DNA of 64,000 nt, from contig OX597822.1 of assembly GCA_951406725.2 (NCBI GenBank), positions 64,852,001 to 64,916,000 on the forward strand. The letters run 5' to 3'. Shown piece by piece: positions 12,994 to 23,895 of the stretch; positions within the stretch are counted from its first letter, which is position 1, and each line of letters starts with the position of its first letter. The stretch is from Octopus vulgaris. Taxonomy: Eukaryota. Made by a program: the position numbers and the translations under genes. Below the pieces are notes generated by a model. The model was not told where the DNA came from. It ran no database searches and was given only the letters and a program-made list of their open reading frames with translations.

Positions 12994-14545
12994 ATAGTAT
13001 ATATGTATATATATCTGTATATGTGTATATATATATATGTAAAACAACAATATTAAAAGGAAAATCAAAAAAATAAGGGTTCTGTGAGATATAGAGTTAC
13101 TAAGCCCTTTGCATTAACCGGTAACGGTTCGATGCATTCGACTGAACACTTTATAATTTTATGGGCTGATTTGAATAATAAAACGAACCAAAATGCTATA
13201 CGTAGCATTCAATAGTGGAATTGCTGATTTATTATGCATCCCTCAGTTTCACATACTATAGCAAGATGTATGTATGTATGTATGTATGTATGTATGTATG
13301 TATGTGTGTGTATGTGTGTGTGTAATGGTACTTCGTTTACTTTTGCATGTCGGTGATATAAAATTACATATTACCTTTTAATTTCTATCGTTTGAAATCA
13401 ACTTACATGATTTCGTGTCATTTCCGGATCGGAACCAACCGAACTCTGGACCATTTAGCTATATTTTTTTAATGTCTTTTCTATTTCCATTTTATAGTAA
13501 AAAGAGAATCATCATCATCATCATCATCATCATTATAATTGTTGTTGTTGTTGTTGTTTATAGTCGAGGCAGTTTGTAAGCAACATCGATGCAGGTTAGT
13601 AGATAACATTAAAAGAAGACCACCCTCCTCATCCCCCCGCCCCAAAATGGACAAAAATAACAGCGCAGTTGCTACTTCTAACACACATCAATAACTAGCG
13701 CCATTCATTTACCACCGATGAGATCACTTACCGTATATCCCCATTTTATATCCTTTGAACTCCCTGAATTGTAAACAAAGAAATCATTGGGGCCTTTACA
13801 CCAAGATGTCCCCACCCTCATTCCCACACCAGTTCATGTGCACTTAAACTATTCTGAGAGCTGCACTTAAATAACCTTGTGAAGTTAAATGATAGGTAAA
13901 GCTTGTTAGACATATGGTATTATGTTACGTTCTAAGTTCAAATCCTGCTGTAGGAGACTTGTTTCTCATATCAAAACCGAAGGCGTTATAATTATGGGTC
14001 AGGTCTCAAAGTGACAATCGACAGGTCCCACAAAAATACTCTCTCTAGATTGTTTCTAATTCTGATTCCCTGGCATGGATTTTGAGGTGTAACGATTAGA
14101 CAGTACTATCAACCTCAGTACTTGACTAGTACTTTATTTCATCGATCTCGAAAAGATGAAAAGCAAAGTTGACCTCGGCGAGATTTGAACTTAAATGGTA
14201 AGCAGTCGGAACTGATATATCAATTATATTTTTCTGACGATATAATGAATCCGTCACCTTTGACATTTCTTCTCTTTTGATCAATGAGATGACAAAATGG
14301 AATTTGGATACTTTGCTTTCTTTCAATTTAGCATTTAACAAGATAAAAAAACTGGGAAACTTTATGATTTTATTAAACATAACAGTTTTTGCGATCTCTT
14401 TTCTATTCTCACAGTCAACTCCAGGAGGTGTCCTGGTCCCCATTACGATAAACCCTGTAATAATATTCCTCTTTTGAAAATAAATTTAGGGTTTTATTTG
14501 GTCTTTATGGAAAGGGGTGATAGTTTAGTACCTTATTTACTTAGT

Positions 14546-14800
14546 GTGGAGGCGCAATGGCCCAGTGGTTAGGGCATCGGACTCGCAGTCGTAGGATCGC
14601 TGTTTCGATTCCCAGACCGGGCGATGTGAGTGTTTATTGAGCGAAAACACCTAAAAGCGCTACGAGGATCCGGCAGGGGGTAGTGGTGACCCCTGCTGTA
14701 CTCTTTCACCAACACTTTATCTCACTCTTTCTTCCTGTTTCTGTTGTACCTGTATTTCAAAGGGCCAGCCTTGTCACACTCTGTGTCACGATGAATCTCA
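14546..14800 (+). mobile_element. SINE family C
   Basis: GTGGAGGCGCAATGGCCCAGTGGTTAGGGC..GTTTCGATTCCC head. Confidence 0.85.
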
Positions 14801-15432
14801 ACCTTAACGGATTTTAGTCGCAGAAATGGACCCCAAGACTTATTGTTTGTAAGTCCTGAAAGAATGAAAAGCAAAGTCGATCCCGGCAGAATTTGAACGC
14901 AGAACATAAAGACCAATGAAATGCAACTAAGCATTTTGTCCGGTGTGCTAATCATTCCGCAAGTTTGCTGCATTGAGGAAGCTTGATATTAAAGATACGA
15001 GGTCTCTCAAAGATTGTACCAGACTCAATCTTACAATTATTTTTCGATGCTGATTAAAAAAACCATATTCCAATATCTATCTTTTGCTCTTTGTATGTTC
15101 AGTCTTGTCGCCTTTAAATATCTCCTTTTATCCTCTCTACTTCCATCTTTTAAATGAAATTCACACATATTTGCAAGAAAAAGTTTGAATATTGACTTCA
15201 AAGTATCGTCAAATAGTGTGACGAAGGCAGTCTACAGTAAAGTTTCGAATTAATGTCAACACTTGCCTTTCAAAAATAAATATTAAACTTTTAACTAATC
15301 GCGCTGAGTTTTCCTCCACACACATTTCTTTCTTTTACGTACGATTGTACATTAATCATTCAATCCTTATCAGCTTGTATTTGCGTATGAGTATATATAC
15401 ACATATACATATATACATACATATATACATAC

Positions 15433-15673
15433 TATGTTTTGTTTGTAAATGTTTAAAGGAGAATCTGGATAAACTGGGATTTTCAGAAAAAGAAATCGAC
15501 CGGCTTATTCGTACATTACAAGTGCAATCTGTGAGTGGAACAGTAAAAATATGCAACGCTTTTCTCAATTTCCAAATACGAATTTGTCTCTGTTTACCAC
15601 ATCCCAAAGATCTTTGTTGGAAACGGCTCATTCCTCATTGGAATATTTATAGGAATTAAAAAATAGAAGAGGC
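15433..15673 (+). mobile_element. 3' end of an R4-clade-like (RLE) non-LTR retrotransposon in a (TACA)n tract
   Basis: VCKCLKENLDKLGFSEKEIDRLIRTLQVQSVSGTVKICNAFLNF resembles the RLE-element C-terminus. A short 3' UTR is followed by (CATA)n. Confidence 0.6.
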
Positions 15674-15739
15674 ACATACATACATACATACATACATACA
15701 TACATACATACATACATACATACATACATACATAATACA

Positions 15740-16118
15740 CTTTTACTCTTTTACTTGTTTCAGTCATTTAACTGCGGCCATGCTGGAGCACCGCCTTTAG
15801 TCGAGCAAATCGACCTCAAGACTTATTCTTTGTAAGCCTAGTACTTATTCTATCGGTCTCTTTTGCCAAACCGCTAAGTTACGGGGACGCAAACACATCA
15901 GCATCGGTTGTCAAGCGATGTTGGGGGAACAAACACACACACGCACGCACACACACGCACATACACATATATATACGACGGGCTTCTTTCAGTTTCCGTC
16001 TACCAAATCCACTCACAAGGCTATAGTAGAAGACACTTGCCAAAGGTGCCACGCAGTGGGACTGAACCTGGAACCATGTGGTTGGTAAGCAAGCTACGTA
16101 CCACACAGCCACTCCTGC
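15740..16118 (-). mobile_element. SINE family B, near full length
   Basis: Head GCAGGAGTGGCTGTGTGGTA at 16118, internal (TG/TA) tract, AAAAGAGTAAAAG tail. Confidence 0.9.
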
Positions 16119-16153
16119 AAATAACATTAAACAAATATGAAAAAATATGTGAC

Positions 16154-16270
16154 GCTTACAGCACCTAAGTTTCTCAATCGGTCACCCATCTAAGTGCTAA
16201 CTATGCTCGACGTTGCTTACCTTCGGTGGTCGTAGGAGAACCGGTGCTTTCAGCGTGATATGGCCGTAAC
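16154..16270 (-). pseudogene. 5S rRNA copy, probably a pseudogene
   Basis: Reverse complement reads GTTACGGCCATATCACGCTGAAAGCACCGGTTCTC..AAGCAACGTCGAGC..GTTAGCACTTAGATGGGTGACCG..GGTGCTGTAAGC. Isolated, with several substitutions. Confidence 0.85.
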
Positions 16271-16429
16271 ATACATACATATTGTATATCCAGCAGCTGT
16301 ACGTAGATTATCCAATATCCAGTCAGCTTCCAGTATTGTGGTTAGTCTATGAGTAGAGATTGTAGTTGTGATACAGGGAACATATGCAGCGGAAAATTTA
16401 GATGGACACAATAGTAAATTATTAGTTTT

Positions 16430-16962
16430 TATGTACGCGTGTGTAGTGAGTGTGTGTGTGCGTGCGTGGATGTGAGCGTATATGTGATTGTGCATGTGTG
16501 TGTGCATGTACATGTGTGTGTGTTTTAAGTGTGTATGTGTGAGGGTGCATGTGTGTGTTGAATATGTATGTGAGCGTGCATGTGTATGTGAGTGCATGTG
16601 AGCGTTCATGTGTGTGTGTATATGTGCATGTGTGTGTGAATATGTATGTGAGCGTGCATGTGTATGTGAGTGCATGTGTGTGTATATGTGCGTGTGGATG
16701 TGCATATGCGTGTGCATGTGCATGCACATGTGTCGTATGTGTGTATGTATGAGTGTGCATGTGTGTGTGTGAATACGTGTATGTTGCGTGTGAGTGTGTG
16801 TGTGTGTGTGTTGTGTGTGTACGTGTGTGTGCGTGTTTGTACATGTGCATGTGTGTGTGCTGTGTGTGCGAGAGTGTGTCTGTGTGTGTGTGCATGTGTG
16901 TGCGGTGTGTGTGAGTGTGTATGTTTGCGTGTATGTATGTGTATTTGTGTGCGTGTGTGCGT
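16430..16962. repeat. Degenerate (TG)/(TGCA)-rich minisatellite
   Basis: TG-rich tract with recurring GAATATGTATGTGAGCGTGCATGTGTATGTGAGTGCATG. Confidence 0.9.
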
Positions 16963-16963
16963 G

Positions 16964-17122
16964 TACTTATTCTTTTAAAGCCTAGTACTTATTCTATCGG
17001 TGTCTTTTGCCGAACTGCTACGTTACTGAGAAATAAACACACCGACATCGGTTGTCAAGCGGTGGTGGTTCTGTGTGTGTATGGGGGGGGGAACAAACAT
17101 AAGCACTAAGACACACACGTAA

Positions 17123-17195
<73 letters not shown>

Positions 17196-17340
17196 ACGGG
17201 CTTCTTTCAGTTTCTGTCGACCAAATCCTCTCAGAAGGGTTTTGCCAGCCCAAGACTTATAGAAGACACTTGCTTAAGGTGCTACGCAGAGGGATTGAAC
17301 CTGGAACCACGTGGTTGAAAAGTAAGTTCCTTACCACACA
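16964..17340 (-). mobile_element. SINE family B
   Basis: Family-B halves around a (TA)n tract. Confidence 0.85.
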
Positions 17341-17556
17341 AAATCAAGTCATGCACATATTGTCAACAGAAATTTTGCAAAGTTTTCGATCAACAATATT
17401 TAAACAGAAAACCATTCAAGGCACACACAAACACAAAGACATACACACACATTCACAAACACATACACACACATATATACACGCTCATACATACGCGTCC
17501 ACACTCTAACGAACAAGGCGGTATGGGCAAAGGTGTAATTATTTCGTTAAAACAAA

Positions 17557-17951
17557 GGCAGTGAGCTGGCCGAAACGTTAGCACGTCGGGCGAAATGTAT
17601 AACCGTATTTCGTTTGCCGTTACGTTCTGAGTTCAAATTCTGCCGAGGTCGACTTTGTCTTTCATCCTTTCGGGGGTCGATAAATTAAGTACCAGTTGCG
17701 CACTGGGGTCAATATAATCGACTTAATCCGTTTGTCTGTCCTTGCTTGTCCTCTCTGTGTTTAGCCCCTTGCGGATAGTAAAGAAATAGGTATTTCGTCT
17801 GCCGCTACGTTCTAAGTTCAAATTCCGCCGAGGTTGACTTTGCCTTTCATCCTTTTGGAGTCGATAAATTAAGTACCAGTTGCGTACTGGGGTCGATCTA
17901 ATCGACTGGCCCCTCTCCCCCAAATTTCTGGCCCAGTGCCTATAACAGAAA
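17557..17951 (+). mobile_element. SINE family A, dimeric (tRNA head plus Meta-like core)
   Basis: GGCAGTGAGCTGG..GAGTTCAAATTC..CTTTCATCCTTTCGGGG(G)TCGATAAATTAAGTACCAG. The core occurs twice, with two different tails. Confidence 0.85.
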
Positions 17952-18293
17952 GGATTATTTCGTTAAAACATCACAGAATTTCGATTTTTCGAAGTAATGT
18001 ATACATTTTCTACTACATTGCATTAAATATAGGTGATTATATTTAATAGCTTGCGGCACAGGTAAATCTCTGAATGCATTAAAAGTAAGAGATTTATATT
18101 TATCCTGTGCTATAAAGTATAATTTACAAAATTCACCAGACACATAATTTAAAGGAGGAATTAAGCAAAACTGCTTAATAAATCTCGTTTAGAGCGATAT
18201 TATTTGATGCATATAGACAAAAGGAGTCAATAATAAAACATATACGCTAATTACTGATAAACGCATTGTGCTTCTGGAAATCCCTGTATATGC

Positions 18294-18678
18294 GCAGGAG
18301 TGACTGTGTGGTAAGTAGCTTGCTCACGAACCACATGGTTCCGGGTTCAGTTCCACTACGTGGCACCTTGGGCAAGTGTTTTCTACTTTAGCCTCGGGTT
18401 GACCAAAGCGTTGTGAGAAGCCCGTCATATATATGTATATATATATACGTATGTATGTGTGTGTGTGTGTGCGTGTGTGTATGTTTGTGTGTCTGTGTCC
18501 CCCCCTCCAACATCTCTTGACAACCGATGATGGTGCGTTTACGTCCCCGTAATTTACCGGTTTTGGAAAAGAGACCGATAGAATAACTACTAGGTTACAA
18601 AGAAGTCCCGGGGTCGATTTGCTTGACTAAAGGTGGTACTGCAGCATGGTCGCAGTCAAATGACTGAAACAAATAAAA

Positions 18679-18681
<3 letters not shown>
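18294..18681 (+). mobile_element. SINE family B
   Basis: Head GCAGGAGTGACTGTGTGGTAAG to tail GACTGAAACAAATAAAAG. Confidence 0.85.
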
Positions 18682-18739
<58 letters not shown>

Positions 18740-18762
18740 GTATAATTATATATATAAACATC

Positions 18763-18793
<31 letters not shown>

Positions 18794-18971
18794 TTTTATT
18801 TAGCCCTGAACTTTGGACAATGTCGTTAGAAATTATGCATTTAGGGCACTTAAAACTGGTGGAACCTAATCTCGCCTTGGCTATGAACGCAGGCAGTTTT
18901 TTTCTAAAAAGAAAGAGAAACGAGGGAAGAAGGAGAGAAAGAAAAAGTATGTGTGTTAGAGGGTGAGGGAG

Positions 18972-19012
18972 AGATAGATAAATAGATAGATGAATAGATA
19001 GATAGATAGATT

Positions 19013-19091
<79 letters not shown>
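18972..19091. repeat. (GATA)n microsatellite
   Basis: Direct reading. Confidence 0.98.
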
Positions 19092-19685
19092 GTAGAATCG
19101 ACTCCTCAGTGCTGACCTCGTAATTTAAGTACCCCTAAGTGTTGAGATATAAAGTTGACTTCAGCGGAATTTGAACTAAGGGAGTAAAGGTCAGGAAAGT
19201 TTACCGTTTCTTCTTCACGTGATGATAGCCCTCAAAACTGACAGATTGCTTATGTAAGGATTTCTTATTTTGATATAAATGGAGAAAAAGTGCTGTGGCT
19301 GTTTGTCGCCTCAAATGGGAGAATCACTAGAGCGTTGGAAAAAAATACCTGAAGGTATTTCTTAAGGGTCTTCCCACTCTGAGTTCAAATCTCGCAGGTA
19401 TCAGCTTTGCCTTTCATCCTTTCGGGATTAATAAAATTAAGTACCAGCCAAGTTCTAGGTTCATTTCAACTGATTATATACACCACCCAACAAAATTTCT
19501 GTTTTTTCGATGAAATTAAAAGTGATTATTATTATTAATAATTATTAGTGACAGGAGCAGGATTAATAACAAAAGATAATGTTTATCGCCACTGGCTATT
19601 TCCGTCACTAATGTCTGAATAGACACTGAGATTCTACGCATATATCGCTAACGGAGAAATCTCTCTTATCCCTAGCCGCGGACAT

Positions 19686-19732
19686 CTACGATTGAGAAGG
19701 CAAAGGAAGGCCGAAATCACGCGATCTGGTAG
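19686..19732 (+). ncRNA. Type-I hammerhead ribozyme-like motif, U3-A8 core
   Basis: CUACGA-UUGAGAA-GGC(aaaggaag)GCC-GAAA-UC(acgc)GA-UC-UGGUAG. One stem-I mismatch. Confidence 0.55.
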
Positions 19733-20084
19733 TTCCGGCGGAGGTAGCGCACGATTATTTCCCACTAGCAATGTATACTCGAGTGCCTATATGCACCACT
19801 AGGCCACACGATATGTTCTCTCATGGTTAATAATGCAGTATCCTATGTTCTAACACAGCATCCACTTTTAAGCGGGGATAAATATTACTTTTTAATAATT
19901 ATTATTGTTGTCTGACACCTTAAGTCAACATGATCAAGCAATTCGATTATGATAGACGTTTCAACTTAGACTACCTCGTTTATTTTTTAAAAGTACATTA
20001 ACCAACGTATCCTTTGAAGTTTTCGGATATTAAGGCGAGGTTCGAATGATGTTTGCTTTCTATTTCGAATATGTAGAAGAATTT

Positions 20085-20296
20085 TTTCTACTCAAGGTAC
20101 AGGACCCGAAAGTTTTGGGGGAGGTGGCAGTCAAATTAGATCGACCCCAGTATGCAACTGGTATTTAACTTATCGACCCCGAAAGGATGAAAGGCAAAGT
20201 CGACCTCGGCGGAATTTGAACTCAGAACACGAAGATAGACGAAATATCGCTAAGCATTTCGCCCGGCGTGCTAACGTTTCTGCCAGCTCGTCGACT
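20085..20296 (-). mobile_element. SINE family A
   Basis: CGACCCCGAAAGGATGAAAGGCAAAGTCGACCTCGGCGGAATTTGAACTC on the plus strand. Confidence 0.85.
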
Positions 20297-20325
20297 TAAT
20301 ACGTAGAATAAAAAAATTAAATAAA

Positions 20326-20576
20326 TGCGCCCTTTTAAAGCCTAACCAGGCTCATGGTCCCGGTTTCCCGGTTTCAATGGCGTATGTGTTCCCCAGGTGG
20401 ACGGGACGCTAGTCCATTCGCAGCGTTACTCATTTTTGCCAGTTGAGTGGACTGGAGCAACGTGAAATGAAATGTTTTTGCTCAAGAACACAACGCATCG
20501 CGCGGTCCAGGAATCGAAACCACAATCTTACGATCATGAGTTCAACACCCTAACCACTAAGCCACGCGCCTCCACC
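20326..20576 (-). mobile_element. tRNA-derived SINE (family C-related)
   Basis: Minus head GTGGAGGCGCGTGGCTTAGTGGTTAGGG..GGTTTCGATTCC; tail shared with 5574. Confidence 0.8.
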
Positions 20577-21614
20577 TTAATATGTAGAAGGATAGATTAA
20601 AGGTTTAGTGACGAAGTAAATTACAAAAGCTTAATTTGATACTGGCTGTAGTTGAACTGAAAATATAATGGTGTCGGCTAAATTAGGTGTTGTTTCTTTA
20701 ATGCTTTGTTTTTGCGCTAACATGGACGTCATTCGCATGTGAGCTTAACCTGATTGCATTGACAATGTTTTTTTTTTGTTGATTTTTCTCGAAGCCTATA
20801 CAGTCTTCAAGAGATATACAACCCCACTCGGCCCTCCCGCCGTTGGTTCAGTTGAATATCGAGAATTGGAGCAACGTGGCAAGAAATGTTTTTTTTTTTT
20901 TTCTGGGGAACACACACTACCCAGTCTAAGGCTCGAACGTACGCCCGTATGATTGTGTGCCCAATACTCTTAACCATTGGGCCACGCGACTCCATTTTCT
21001 GTCCCGGAATCATCTTTAAATATAGTTACAAAGACGTCAACGACGATGATGATGATGATGGTTATGATGGTGACGACGACAACGTGGACTGTCATGATGA
21101 TGATGATGATGATGATGATGATGGTGGGGATTGTGGGTGATTATATTCAAAGATTACGATTACGGTGATTAACTACGGAATGGAAAGTAATGGATTTATA
21201 GTATAAAACAAGATAAACTATGGCTAATATCACTGAAGTGTGAGGCGGGCCATTGGTGGGTCAGGAGTGGGGGTGGGGTAAGGAAAGGAGATATGTGATA
21301 AATCGATTTAAGCTTTTCAAAGCTGGAGCTGACGTATTTATTGATCAACAATGATTGATCAGTGAAGAGACAATCATCATCTTCTCTCATATAATTGATT
21401 GATTGATCATTTTATCGATCTGAAAAAGATGAAAGAAACGAAATGAGGTGTTGACGCTAGAAATAGTGTGTTTGCGAGAGATAAATTTATTAGAGAAAGG
21501 AAATATTCAGTAAAGTATAAGGAAGATAAATTGAGAAAATATCTAGATTGCTGTCATACGTCCACGTGTTGTCCATCTCAATTAGTGATTCAATGCTTTC
21601 GTTTTATTCTTTAA

Positions 21615-22380
21615 CCCTTTTATAGAGCGAGATTTTCTCGTGGCATTTATAGCTTGACCTGGAACGATAAAAGAATTGCTAACTGAACACTTTAGAAAAA
21701 TAAATTAACTTGAAATATTGTTTAATGTCAAGAGCTGTATTTGTTTAATTTCCAATCTTTTTTTTTTTTTGTGAAATCTCGTTGTTGTTGCCGTTTTGTC
21801 GTCGGTGTTGTTGCTGTTACTGTTTGTGTGAATTACTGCAATCATTAAATTGAAGATTATTTTACAGAAAATGAAATATTCTCCGACTTTGTTTATGGTA
21901 AACTGTCACACATTGATCATATCACAAAACATTTGAAACACTTCATTGACAGAACGTCTTCTCTTACGACTAGTTGTCATTCACACCCAACGTTACACAT
22001 AACCGGCTGTCGTTGTTTTTTTTATAAACATTACACGAATTTAATGCCACACTGATGTAATACATCTGTCTGATTGGAAAACCGTTCGCTTTACAACGTT
22101 CTGCAACATTTTGTCCATCGTCACAGTGTATCCTTCCTTCAGCTCTTCTAGTGTTACTATAAACATTATACTACTTCACCAAGGTATTGCGTTTTGGACA
22201 ATTTCCATCGAAGCCAGTCAAATGCATATGTGTTTCTGTTCTTCGAATTGACCCTACTATGAGTAACCCCTACTTTTTCGCCTTGTTTTTATCTTCCCTG
22301 TTCACCTTTTCACCAACATAACTTCATCCCGGTGGAACTACTTTCCAAAAAATTCTGACATCAAAGCCTTATCAAAATGT
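21615..22380 (-). pseudogene. Decayed piggyBac-like transposase 3' part
   Basis: TTAA|CCC end at 21611-21617. Minus fragments KEGYTVTMDKML, SVALNSCNVY and Cys-rich MKCFKC resemble the piggyBac C-terminus. Confidence 0.45.
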
Positions 22381-22389
22381 GTAATAATC

Positions 22390-22842
22390 TTTTTCTGTTA
22401 TAGGCACAAAGACTATAATTTAGGGAAAGCGATTAAGTCGATCCCAGTACGTAACTGGTACTAATTTGATCGACCACAAAAGAATGAAAAGCAAAGTCGA
22501 CCTCGTCGGTATTTGAACTCAGAACGTAAAGACAGTCGAAATATCGCTTAGCATTTCGCTCGGCGTGCTAACGATTCTGCCAGATCGCCGCATCGCACAA
22601 TGTGTAATAATACGCTATAACATGTAAAGGCGGTCAGCTGGCAGAAGCGTTAGCACGCTTGGCAAAATGCTTAGCGACATTTTCTCTGTCATTAGGTTCT
22701 GAGTTCAAATTCCACAGAGGTCAACTTTGCCTTTCTTCCTTTCGGTGTCGATCACCTAAGTACCAGTTATATATTAGGGACGATGTAATCGATTTGCTCC
22801 CTCCCCCGGAATTGCTGACCTTATGTCCAACTTTGAAACCAA
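22390..22842. mobile_element. Two family-A SINEs, head to head
   Basis: Minus copy ~22390-22590, plus copy ~22628-22842. Confidence 0.8.
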
Positions 22843-23316
22843 TATGTTATAACATGTAACAGCTACTTTAAAATAATTTGGATGGTAGATTTAATTTGGG
22901 TCGTAGACTTAATCCGTCTCTCGTTATAACTCCACGAGCTGCCCCTATGGTGCCTTTAAGTTTGCAGTTCATTGCAAAATGAATCTGCTTCCTTACAACT
23001 TCTCCATTATGTCTGATCCTCACAAAACTCGTTCTAAATGCTTTCCTCAGTTCTACTTTCCATAACCTTAACCCTTCACGACATATTCTGCTTTCTTCAT
23101 TAACGCTTCTCCTGCACAGTTTCACTTTGTATGGTAGAATACAACAAGATAAAAGGAACAATGGAGGGCAGTGTTTAGTTACAATTGTAATTTCATTAAT
23201 GTTGGATCATCTTTAGTTTTCGTCCTTCAAGGGGTGAATAAAATAAATTATTCGAAAAATACTTTATTTACATTATTTACCTTTGACGGATATTTTTCCT
23301 CATCTTGTTTGTTGTA

Positions 23317-23362
23317 AACACAACGTTTCGGCTAATATACCGCCCAGCCTTCATCAGGTGTC
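23317..23362 (-). ncRNA. Minimal type-I hammerhead ribozyme
   Basis: GACAC-CUGAUGA-a-GGCUGG..UUAGCC-GAAA-CG-UU-GUGUU. Palindromic ACGU stem III, GUU triplet. Confidence 0.8.
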
Positions 23363-23420
23363 TTGGGGAAATTTTGAACCTGGGTTCTCATTCCTAAGGC
23401 ATTTTTCAATGTTATTATTA

Positions 23421-23518
<98 letters not shown>

Positions 23519-23519
23519 T

Positions 23520-23895
23520 TTCCTTCTTTCTTCAAATTTTCTTCCGTTTCTCGCCGAGTGTTTTCCTTACACCTAGGGCAGAGAAGCTAATTGTATGCAT
23601 TCCCAGTTTACACACGCAAATTCACAGGTAAAATATGTATTTAAAAAATTAATAAATAAATTCATAAATGGATGTTGTTTTCACAGCGATAATGCTCTTC
23701 TCAGTACATGCCGTTCCAGTTAACACAATTTTTTGCACTTCCTGTAGGGATAGTAAGCCTGGTATCATTTTCAAATAGGTTTCAGTACCTTTTCTTATCA
23801 TTCCTAGAGCTCCTACGATCACTGGTACTGTAATCGCCTTGAGATGCCACATTTTTTTCAATTTCTATGAGCAAGTCTTTATATTTACTGATCTT
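23520..23895 (-). mobile_element. 5'-truncated R4/Dong-like non-LTR retrotransposon in (TAA)n
   Basis: KISKYKDLLIEIEK/MWHLKAITVPVIVGALGMIRKGTETYLKMIPGLLSLQEVQKIVLTGTA is an RLE C-terminus (frameshifted). TAA repeats flank both ends. Confidence 0.8.
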
